Part shown: positions 38,959 through 50,445 of the stretch, one piece after another
Position numbering within the stretch: the first letter of the stretch is position 1
Layout of the letters: each line of letters opens with the position of its first letter
Assembly (NCBI RefSeq): GCF_000143415.4
Contig: NW_003314366.1
Span: 462,132-526,131 of the forward strand
DNA from: Selaginella moellendorffii
Taxonomy: Eukaryota; Plantae; Lycopodiophyta
Direction of reading: 5' to 3'
DNA length: 64,000 nt
Translations under genes and position numbers: made by a program
The notes under the pieces: generated by a model
What the model was told of the DNA's origin: nothing
The model's database searches: none
The model's input: only the letters and a program-made list of their open reading frames with translations

Positions 38959-41893
38959 GGAGCATCGGCCAGTCGATCTCCCGGGGGAACTAGAGCCGGC
39001 TCTTGAACACTTCACCAAGCTACCCTACTTATCGGTCTGTGTTCACTCTAGTTTTGGACTTCCCAGTGGGCAGCTCATCACCCAACACTGGGTCCGGCCT
39101 TCCTGGGCCAAACTGGCCTTTCCTGGCCAAACTGGCTCCATTGCAGTCCTCCCCCTACTATACTTTTGGAGCTCACCAAACCCCCCAGGGTCTGGGAGAC
39201 AAACGCTTTGGGCTTTCACCCTCTCAGACTCGAACTCGGACTCGGCCTCGGACTCGGACTCGGACTCGGACTCGGACTCGGACTCGGCCTCGGTCTCGGT
39301 CTCGGTCCCGATCTCGGTCTCGATCTCGGTCCCGGTCTCGGTCTTGGTCCTGGTCTCGACTTCGGACTCCATCTCGGGTCCATCTCGGACTCCATCTCGG
39401 ACTCCACCTCGGACTCCATCTCGGGTCCATCTCGGACTCCATCTCGGACTCCATCTCGGGTCCATCTCGGACTCCACTTCGGACTCCACTTCGGACCCCA
39501 ACTCGGGTCCATCTCGGACACTTCCACGTGTCATGTGTTGGTCCTTTTTGGTCCCTTTTTGGAGCCTCGCTTATGGCTCGCTTCGTGCTCGTTCCTCGAG
39601 CCCTTTGTTGGGAGTTCCACTCCCGCTCTCGACCTTCCAAGTCGGGGCTTTTAGTCCAAATGTGTTACGCTCGTTTGGTTTTCGCTTTGGCCACCACCAC
39701 ATGGCACCCTTCCGGCTCCACTTTGGGGCCTAGGGATTTTGTGTCTCACAACTCCACCACCCATAGATGAAGTTTGATGTCCTCATCGAACGGTAAACCC
39801 TTTCATAAAGTAACACCCACATGTGTTACCATTTCCATCCTTGGCACCCAGCCAATATTTGTCTATGGTTTGACACCAAAGGTTCACCATGCCTTGTCCA
39901 TCCTCTAAGGAGCATAGCCTCTCCAACTTAGAGGCTCATTTGACCACTTGTGGTGGTTCTCTCCTTTTATTGGTTTAGTTCTCACTAAACCTGTTAGAGA
40001 CACCTTCTCTAACTCGATCCCACTACACGTTCTCGAGTGGTCTCACTTTCCATCGATATAACCCTTGCATTTTGGAACCTTTTAATTTTGACTTCTCAAA
40101 GTCAATTTCCTAAGTGTCTCCGACACCTCACGTTGCACATGGTGCAACTCCACTTCCTGTCCTAGGAAGTTCTTTATTTGAGGGCACCATCATCCTCTCT
40201 TTGATATCGTGCCACCCTTGGCACTAAGTTCCAGCTATCATAATTCGTGCTAGGGCGGTCTATGGCCCTATCATTTGGCTACTTTACCACTCCATCCCTT
40301 GGAGCTTCCCCCTTCACCAAATCGGAGCAATTGGGAACCTATCCTTGGAAACATATTGCTTTCCAATAATCCATTAGCATCCAACACATTAGTGTTCTTG
40401 GACTAACTTTGCCATTTGGCTTCTATCCCATGATTCCCATGGCCCTTTTCTTAGCCACTAGTCTTTTGCTCCTATCCTTGATTGTTGCACCACGCAACAC
40501 AGGATCGTCACCTCCATTTTCGAGGTATCCCTTCAATTCCATAGCAAAGACTTTGCTTTGCCAAGTCTAGAGGGTGTTCACCCCTAGTACGTCTCCTTAG
40601 CATTTTCTGCCATGGGCTCTATCATGGCCCAACTTTGAGACCCTCCGATGGATTTCTTATAGAGACTACTTTCCTCGGACTTATTATGCCATCACATTGA
40701 CATAGCTCATTTCCCTTAGGTGTTCCTCCCACTTGGTCACCTTGGCCAAGCCACACCATCATCAATAGTTCCAATCAACACTTTGAACTTGGAACTTTAT
40801 CCCTTAACCTCACAAGGACCTTGTTCTTGTTTTTGGCCATAAGATCACCTAGTGATCTAATCTTGGCACGTTAACAGGTTTGCCAATGGGTACTAGGTCT
40901 TCCAGACCTTTAAGTTATTCACCATGACCCTGGGGGCATCCCCCACACTTAGCGGTGCACCCAAGCCAACCTTTCCGGCCAAGGGTCCATGGCAACTAAG
41001 ACTGGGTGTCCCCATCTCATTCACCACGTCCTTGGTGCCACTTGCACCAAAGTGTTCAAGTTAGATATGCCGAGCTTTCACACTAAACAATCTAACCATG
41101 CATCACGACTTCGAGGCATCCCTCGCTTGGCAGTGTGCCCAAACCAGTCTCCTCACTGAGAGTCCATGACCACCGAAATATGAGTGTCCTCATATTCTAA
41201 ACCATCACCGCGCCCTAGTGAATTGGGACTCGAACCCAAGCACTAGAGGGTCAGGACTCGAACCCAACCTCCGTATATGCATCTACGAACGGCATCACAC
41301 AAGATGCCTGGCGTGACTCCCCATGCCGGTGCACCAACTTATATTTAAAACGTGCTATAGATCACAGCTTAGGAACCTAGTTCCTCCACACTGCCAAGTC
41401 CTCTCACTTGACATGTCTGTGATCATGTATGGACTCCTCTATGCTTGGCCCCATGGGCCACTAAGCTCTATTTCGTTAAAGTGGGAATTGTCATTATCCC
41501 ACTTGTAAAATAAGGTTTCCAAACCTTTATATAGTATATAAATATAACAAAATTCAACTGCATTGAGGCACATGCCATTTTATTTTAAACAAGGAAATGT
41601 CTACTCAATCACTTCTCACTGCTTCACCTCTCTCTTCTCCTTGCCATCGTCGTCCAATTTCTTTCCATCCTTTTAATATTGGCTCAGTTGCTCCGAGTCT
41701 AGGTGGAGCCCAAGTCCCCATTCAATCTTTACTTTCCCCTTATTAATAAAACAACTTCGTAGACTTCCAATAACATGCTGTAACACTTCTAGTATAATGC
41801 AAATCCTCTCAAAGAATTGTCTTTTAATATTAATACAATGGCATGGAACCCCATGCCATAATAAGTTACATTTTTAAATAAATACATGCCATC

Positions 41894-44800
41894 TCAGACT
41901 GTTATTTTTTGCCTCCAACGCCTATACAATAATCTTGGAATTTCATCACTCTCCACACTATCAGGATTTAAACCCAATAGTAATGCCATCTCTTCTCTAA
42001 TACGTCCACGCTCATGTTCAGTGGTCGAAGAACCCATCCGGTTGAGCAGATTATGGAGATGCGGATAGTGCTTGGCTAGACAATATACATGCCATAAATG
42101 ATGACTGGTGTCTGTCTGATCAAATGGCTTCTGATATACCGTTCCATCTGCCATTTGGTTGATTTCTGCAGCCACCTCCTGGACTGGCCGGTTCTCTATC
42201 ACCATCGCTTCAAGCCGTTTTGCAAGGTCCCCCAGAACATACGGTTTCTTCTCCCTAGTTTCCATACTGCAAGAGATGGGGTGCACTGCATATGTGTGCG
42301 TGTTCGCTGCAGTTTTAATCGGCGAGTCATCGATGATGAGGATTTCACTTGACCTAGCAGTCCGGTTCATCACTACAGCCTCTGCCTTGACGAAGATGGG
42401 CTTGCTACCCCTCACATGGACCATAGTCAAGCAATCCTCCTGCGTTAGGAGAAAGTCAAATGGTAATATTACTCGCGTCTGATCGTGCATCATCTGTAGC
42501 AACGTTAATGCATTGTGGCGCATCATGGATGTCCAAACTCCCAATTGCAAATTGAACCCGGCCCTCTGTTTTAAGTGTCGCATGGTCATTATTAGATCCC
42601 GCAGTTTCTCCCGTGTGATTAATGTGAATCTGTCTCTTTTGACCAACTTGCGACCGCAGGCTTTGGAGGGTGCAGTGACATTCGAGGACGAGCCACGCTC
42701 ATGGGAGAAAAGGACACCGTTCAGATAAAAAACGATACAGTACTTTCGCCGTGACTCTGAAATGAAATGCGTTAGCATAAAAAATGGTACAAGTCAATTT
42801 TACCATCTACAATATTAGCGAATGGTGCTCCCGATGGTCGTTCAGAGGGTTTTGGTCGAGGAAACGTGAAGGGCGGAAATACTCTCCTCTGCAATGTGGG
42901 GTCAATCGCATCCGATGGCGTGTGGGCACATGCCATTTCAGCTGTAGACTCTGGTACAACTGGCTCAACAGTGGCATGGGGTGGTTCCGATGGCGTGTGA
43001 TCACACGCCATTTCAGCTGGTGCCTCCGTTGGCAAAGTGGACATGACCGAACAGGCAGCAGGGGCGGTGTAGGGAGGTTCCAACGGCGCGTAGTCAGACG
43101 ATTGGGCACACGTTGGAAATGAGGATATGACCGGCTCGGCGGCTGGGGCGGCCTCATGCGGGTCCAATGGCGCCTGGTCACCGTCAGTTGGATACGTGGA
43201 CAAGATTGACTCAGTGGTATGGGCAGCATCAAGTGGAGCGTGGTCAGCTTGCTTGGCGTTGATATGGATAGTAGCCTCCACCAGCTCTGATGACTCTTGC
43301 AGGCAAGTAGAGTCCACTGGCGGATCCATATGCATGTCCAAATATCTCCCTTCGATTGAGATGGTATCCTCCCGTGCTACTAAAAACAAACTCATTAGCA
43401 CATTGAATCGACTATACTGTATTTACCATCAACTGCTATTGAGGAACTAGGACCGATATCACTTGGGCGCACTGCTGATTCTGAAGGATTGGACATACGT
43501 TTCGACCCTTGCTTGGCACTATCCTTCCTCGACACTAAAGGCTAGAGTTTGTATCTTAATTCAACTGAATAATCTCTACTTACCATTTCTTCTACGACCT
43601 ACATGGACAATGTTAGAAATGGTAAAAGGTTAGGAATGGATGTACTATTATTTACCTGATGGTTTGTCTTGTATGACCTTCCTCCGCTGCTCTTTGGCCA
43701 CCTCAGGCTGGCCATCGTCGTCATCATCGTCATCGTCGTTATTGTGATCGTCACCATTGTGAGGACCATCCAAGTCCTCTTCGTCCTCCTCTTCTTCGTC
43801 CTCCTCTTCTTCGTCCTCCTCTTCGTCCTTCTGCTCTTCCTGCTCATTATCTTTCTCTGGCTCCTCATCCCCCTCTTGCATTTCTTCCATAGGCTGCTCA
43901 GGCTGGATTGCTTGTTTTTCCAGGACCATCTTGGAAAAATCATCTGGCCGAGTCTCCATCTCAAAATACAAGACATCCATAGCCTGTTTTAGTGCGTGAC
44001 CTAGGACCGTATCCTCACTCGACTGTCTTAACATGGTTTCTGCACGTTCTTGCACCCTTCGAAGACGACGAGATGAGAAAAACGTGGCCCTGACTTGAAA
44101 AGCATCCCTCATCCATTGTACCTCTCCATTGAGATTGGGGAAGGGGAGTCCGCCATAGGAATCTGAGTCAGAAGGTGGTGACTGGCTCCTTTCACTCAGC
44201 CCTTGATCTGCAATGAATGGCATGAGCACACACGCCATAACCGCGAGGCATTACCTATCATCTTTTCGTTGCCCTTCTTCCTTTTCGAATCAAACGCCTC
44301 TGATCCCGACGACTGTCCAACGTGCTTTCGCTTTTTATGACCACTGTCAGTTTGAGCTTGGCTGGTGCTTGCCTGTTTTGCCTTTGAAGAAGTGTCTCCT
44401 GCAAGGAATGGCATGAGACCACACGCCATTGCAAATATAATTTGTACCTCCTTTTTTCCTATTGCTTGTCTGTTTGTCCTTCTTCGACGCGCCACCAGTG
44501 CGCTTTTCAGTCCTCGTGTCTGAATATTCACAACGATCTATAATCAAAATGGCGTGAGGCCTCACGTGACCTTACCTTGTGCAGGTTGTGACCTCGGCCT
44601 AACATCAGTAGCTGTTAACGCCGTTTCAGCATCTGGGGGTGGCCACGCTCCTGCATACAGAGCTTGTGAGATAACATTTAAACTTAAAGTGCGTACTCAC
44701 CAGGTTCGTAGAGAAGATACTGTTTTTCTTTGGCAACTGTAATTATATGCTCCATTGAAGTCACCTCTTCAATGGAGTTTGTCACCGCAACACACGGGAC

Positions 44801-47263
44801 ACCCTTGAGTAGTGCGGCTCGAAAGAATAGTCCGCCGCAGTTGTACTCGACAACGCATTTGCCCTTGGAGTCACCCGCTATTGCGTTGAAGACCCAGCTG
44901 AGCATTTCCCATGCTGCACCTGGAGCTTTCTTTGGATTCGAAAGCTCCATATCCGTCTTCAGTTCCTCAGGCACGGGTAAATTGACCTCCTTCAGATCAA
45001 TTCGATCGGCTTTGTTGAACGAAGCTAGGAAGTCACTCCAGTCCCACTCTGCTGCAGGACCAATAACAAGGGCGACTGTGAAGATGCGGACATTCGTCGG
45101 TATCTTCTTCTTAGCCATTATCCCATGGATCTCCCGCATGTCCTTGCCTTTCAACCGAGCCTTCACCTCGTTCAAGGCCTTCCAGAACTTGTGATAGGAT
45201 TCGGAGTCGTAGATCATATAGTGGACTGAAGATTCCACCTCCGCAAGTCCCACCATTAAGTCAATGATGGAGCTGACTTCGTCTGCATGAGTGATCTCCT
45301 CGTTTGTGAAGTCCATCACACAAAAGATGTTCTTGACCTGCTCATCTCCGCGGGAAACGATGCTCCTCCACCTTTGATCCTCATCCGAATTCACGTATAC
45401 CCGGTAAGGTTCTCGATAGGCCTCTGCTGCGGGGTCGAGCTGTTTCTGAAGCCGGCGGTCGACATCCCTCTTAATGAAATTTGGATACTGATCCAACTTC
45501 TCAGCTTTACTTTTCGTGGCATCCCGCAGCAGATCGATGAACTTGGTGGCCCCCTTCACGTACTCGTCGATGTCTTCATTTGACAAGTCCAGCTCTTCCA
45601 TCATCTCTTGCGTGGTGTCGATGCTCACCCTCGCCACGGCCACTTGCTCGAAGATCCAATCCTTCAATAGCGCACGAGCTCTCAGAGTCGTGCACAAGTC
45701 CTCGTATGTCACAATATGGCCGGGAGTCATTTTGGTCTTGTTGAAGACTACCTCACCAAGTAGAAGAGCATTAGCCACTGTCAGAAGGTCGTCGTCGTCT
45801 AGAGACCGCGAGAAACGCAAGGCGTTGAGCTTCAAATCATTGGGCTTCCGGCCGTCCTCCACACCCATTGAGTTTAGCAACTCCCCGTCATGGTACCTCC
45901 TTAGCACATCTACCCATTTGTCAAAAACAACTTTTGTCGCGAGTAGAATGTTATGGATGCTGAGTGTGTCATTGACCCCCAGTGTTTTCGAGAGAAGACT
46001 CGAGAATTCCTGCAATGGAAATGGCGTGAGGCCACATGCTATGCCACATGCAACGAGGCTTACCTGCCAGGCGCTAGTTGCTAGTGCACGTCCTTGTCCT
46101 GGTTTTTGTGGCTTCTTCAGTTGAACCCAGAGCTTCCGTGTTCGTGCCAATGTCTCGTGCAGACCCGATTTGTAGCACGTTTCTTGCTTGACATTCTGCG
46201 CGTGGGAGATGTATATGATAGATCGGAGGGGCGAGTTGCCTTTTATCAGGCGGACAACTCTTGTCTTGAAGACTTTCTTCACCTCCTCGCCCACCATAAT
46301 ATCCACAACTATCTGTTGCATCGCCAAGCTAGAATGCTGCCCGGAGACGGCATAGAACCGGATGTTCTGATCGTCCAACACCTTCCTATTGATCAAGTCT
46401 GGAAACCTCGTCTCGCCCTTCATTGTTCGGTAGTAGGGGATCACGTCTGCGATGTCGGGTGTTACTGGACTTGCCAGCATCTTCTGCTTCAGTTTCTCCA
46501 CCCACTCATCAGATACTAGCCTGTGGTTGTATTTGCTTTGGATCTCGATACGGCTCACGTCGATTGTATATACTTTGTTGGAATAGTAACAAGTACTATT
46601 ATCTGGGACGATTTTTGCTGCCTCTTCTTGCTCTTTCTGCTCTTTGCGGCTCTTCTTTTTGGTGGGTGTAGTGTTCGAACCCGAGGCAATGGCATCACCG
46701 AGTAGCTTCTTTTTTGGAGCAGCAGAGTCGGACGTCGGCTTGAGCTTGACCACCCTTTTCTGCTTCGGGGTAGTTTCCAGATCGACCCCCTTCCCCTTCG
46801 CTTCGCAAACTGGAGGCACTCTCAACGGCTCAATGTTGGAATATAGTTTTTGAACATCGCCGTAGGTGAGGTCCGTGGATTCCATGTGATCTTCATAGAC
46901 CCGCAGCGTCTTTGAAATTGTGGGCCTCCTGGACAACCTCTCCCTAGCTCCCTCTAGGAATTCCTCATAGCCGCTGCCCCCCTCCGGGAAGCCGCTAGGA
47001 TGTGCAAGGTGGATCTTGAAGGCGGACGCTGTCTCTACCACAAGTGCCAGTCCATATTCTTGCATGGAACTGCATGGAGTGTCTGTCACTTGGATGAGGA
47101 TCCCCATGCATTCTTTTCTCCCACCATCTGTGTTGTACAGCATCAAATCCTCGCCTTCCATCCCGAAAGTCCAACTGGTGAGCTCCTCCCCCTTCTCTGC
47201 ATCCACATTGACAGTGGCTGGAAGAAGAACGCAATTCCTCGCCTGTTCAAAAATGCACAACAA
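41894..47263 (-). CDS. Transposon accessory gene, ~1640 aa: ParB-like + amino-MTase-like + acidic/Pro-rich linker + FCP1/NIF HAD phosphatase-like
   Basis: Exons 47263-46064, 46009-44701, 44650-44576, 44519-44448, 44398-44255, 44207-43656, 43598-43584, 43534-43427, 43379-42804, 42756-41894 join through GT-AG introns of 47-57 nt into one open frame of 4914 nt. FCP1 motifs YLNGVL, GVWTS, QEDC, FVK, IIDDSPIK are clear. True start is uncertain. Confidence 0.78.
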
Positions 47264-47694
47264 TTAGAGCTGACAGATGAAAAGCTAGCAGCTGGAAATA
47301 ACGTGAGGCCACACGCCATTCACCACTGCATCAGATGTCTTGAGGCTGCATCCTAAGATGGCGTGAGGCTACACGCCATCTGTAACCGGACTGCACTCGA
47401 GAGCCCAATCGGTGCATGCCAATGTTGCTACTGAATGGCATGTGGCCTCATGCCATTTTCTACTTCGTCTAAAAGACTTACCATTTGAAGCCGAATGGAG
47501 GCCGTGACAATCGAGGCCGGACTCGCTGGCGAATGTGCACTGTGTGTGCAGCGGATCGTAGCAGCAAGGCTACTCTGCCACTTACAGTTGGAGAGTGGTG
47601 CTGAAATCTCCCGGGACGCCAAGTGGGCTGCGTGTGGGTGGTGGAGTGGGCGGCGGAGTTGGCGGCGAAGTTACAAACTGGGTGTGTCTTGAAG

Positions 47695-47870
47695 TGGACG
47701 CCGATGCACACGAGCGCGATGCGAGCGCGAGTGTGATGCAAGCGCGAGTGGACGCCGATGCACACGAGAAACCTGTAGAGAAGTGAGCGTGATCGCGAGT
47801 GGGAGCGCGATGCGAGCGGGAGCGCGAGTGTGATGCGAGCGCGAGCGCGAGTGTGCGAGCGCGAGTACAA
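47695..47870. repeat. CG-rich degenerate tandem repeat (GCGCGAGT/GCGAGC) at the presumed 5' leader of the accessory gene
   Basis: Directly visible. Confidence 0.75.
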
Positions 47871-49081
47871 AGCAAAATGCAAAACCTAACCTCACACGCG
47901 CGAAATGTCACAACGGTTGGTAATCCCGCCACGTCATCATTCCTCGGACTTGGGCGCCACCATTAATTTCTGGATTGCCGCGCGCATGCAAGCACGCAAA
48001 ATCCAAAAGAAATCCGCAACGTCATCATTCCTCGGACTGCATGCACGCAAAATCCAAAAGAAAGATCATGATTGGGATATCATTTAATACCCTCGCTATA
48101 TTTATACCATGCATGATTGGATATTCCAAAGCATCTTGTATTTCCAAAAATGGCAGATGTTCAGCTAAATAAAGAAATTCTATCTGTTTCTATTTTTCTC
48201 TCAAATCAATATTATAGCGTGTGGGCTCATGCAATTTTGAACCAAAGAAACCCAAAAAACGTTGGACCCAAAATATTTTGAAAAAACCCAAAAAACCCTA
48301 AACATTTTAAACCCAAAAATCCAGGCGTCCTGTGGCGTTATTCCTTCAATGGCGTGTGGGCGCATGCCATTTTCAGGGCCAAATGCTGAATGGAGAAAAA
48401 TTCCCTTTCAGTGCAAATGCTGCAAGAGGCAGATGCCGAGCACAAAGGACTGTAACTACCTCACATGACACAGATAAACTTTTCTCTATTTGGCAAAGAT
48501 AAACTTTATAGCGTGTGGGCTCATGCAATTTTGAACCCAAAAAATGCACTAAAAAATTCTCGGCGTCATCTGGCATTATCTCTTGAATGGCGTGGGGCCG
48601 CATGCCATTTTCAGGGGCACATAGGAGTATATTCCTAGGATATTCTGACACGCGCGAGATTTTTTTGAGTTTTCTGGAGATCCAACCGTTAGATCGCAAC
48701 TAGATTTTACAGAATGGTATACAATGTCTTTCTTGATGACTCTGCAAAGAAGCATCTCAATCGGACACCACATGAGACCACACGAGCCTTACAATGTTTC
48801 AGGGGCATTTGCCATAGATCCGACCGTTATTTTGCTCCAAGATTTCACAGTTTGGTGTGCATTGACCTTTCCATCGAAACTGCAAAGGGACATCACAATC
48901 AGATGCGGGATCACAAGAAACTAACTTCACTAACTCTGGTTTCACCAAGATCTACGTAAGGAGTTATGAAATGAAAGGACCCTCTCTATTGAAATGTGTT
49001 TATGGTCCTAGGGGCATTGTGACATATCAAAGGATTTTGCATCAAGTTCTGTATTTGCATGTTTATCAAGCTACTGAATTG

Positions 49082-49115
49082 CTAAACCCTAAACCCTAAA
49101 CCCTAAACCCTAAAC
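49082..49115. repeat. Interstitial plant telomeric repeat (CCCTAAA)x4-5
   Basis: CTAAACCCTAAACCCTAAACCCTAAACCCTAAAC. Confidence 0.93.
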
Positions 49116-49949
49116 ATGTGGCAAATGCTGCGTGAAGAAAGATGCCCTTTCTGGGCAAATGCTGTAAGAGGCAGATGCCGAGCAGATGTATCTCAGGCTA
49201 GCGAAGGGGACGAACGAAAGCTAGCTATAAACATGACGGGATGCAAATAGATTACTAGGCTGGTCCTACGAAAATCAAAAACCATAATTGAAAACATTGA
49301 AAATGCAAAAAGAAAGGTTTATAATATTTTTGAATTTTAGGCAACCAAAGGAATGTAAGTAGGGCATGTGTTTGTAAGTTTAAAAATGCCTCAACCACTT
49401 AAATTCCCAAGTAAATAAAGCTGTTTCTATTTTTGGTACAGGTAAACTTTATAGCGTGTGGGCTCATGCAATTTTGAACCCAAAAATGCACCAAAAAATG
49501 CTCGACTAGCATTATTCTTTGAATGGCGTGTGGCCTTATGTCAAGCATTATTCTTTGAATGGCGTGTGGCCTTATATTGCCATAAATGGACGTACACACA
49601 CAGCGTAATTATTCCTTTACACGGCGAATAATCTTGGCGCGGATCGCTGACATGGCATGGCAAAGTTCGAATCACTGACATGGCACAGCTGGATCGAGGC
49701 AAGGACATGATGTGACAAAGTTCAACCTCCGACAGCAAAGTCTAGAAGCTACTCAGTTTGAAATTTGTCAGAGGAATCATAAGATCTGGTTTGTCAGAGG
49801 ATTTGATGTGACGTTCAAGCGTGTGTTATTTTTGAATTCTCGAACTCATTCCTAGGTCTATCATTTTTGTGTGCCGTGTTCTTGGTTCCGCTGAGCGCAG
49901 TGAGCGCTGCTTGTGTAAGCGGCGTTGTGGGCTGTGGTTTATGTGTCTA

Positions 49950-50080
49950 CGAGCGGTTGCGGCATTGCGAGCGCCATTGCGAGCGGCAGTTTATGCGAGT
50001 GGCAGTTTGTGCGAGCGGCGCTACGAGCAGTTGCGGTGTTGCGAGCGGCGCTACGAGTAGTTGCGGTGTTGCGAGCGGCA
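49950..50080. repeat. 30-bp CG-rich tandem repeat (GCGAGCGGCGCTACGAGYAGTTGCGGTGTT) at the presumed 5' leader of the transposase
   Basis: Units at 50011, 50041, 50071 and degenerate units upstream. Confidence 0.8.
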
Positions 50081-50445
50081 CTGTCTTTGGTGTGGCTACC
50101 GCTTCCTCTTGATATTCGGCACTTGTGCTTCCTGGTATGTTCACCATGGAATGGCTTAGGACCACATTTAGAAATGGCATGAGGCCACATGCCATCTTGG
50201 GCCCTTGCAATTTCATGGCTAGCGTATTGTCATGTATGTTTTTACTTGCCTGCAGCTGTGTGTATATCAAGATGGCATGAGGCCTCATGCCAATTTTGTG
50301 AATGCGAAATTTCACGTGGGTGTCAATAGCATGTTTGAATAATGGCATGTGGCCTCATGCTATTGAGGTTGTTTGGTATGTTATGATTTAGGCCATTCTC
50401 CAATCATTTTTTGTATGGTCTTAACTTCTTTTCTGCACTTTCAGA

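Noticed and set aside
41459-41466. CACTA at the left boundary suggesting a CACTA/En-Spm element
   Set aside because: CACT is directly repeated at 54721 (TSD), the right end is not TAGTG, and the TIR begins AAGCT.
49082-49115. Chromosome end or fusion site
   Set aside because: Only 4-5 units, inside a TIR-bounded element.
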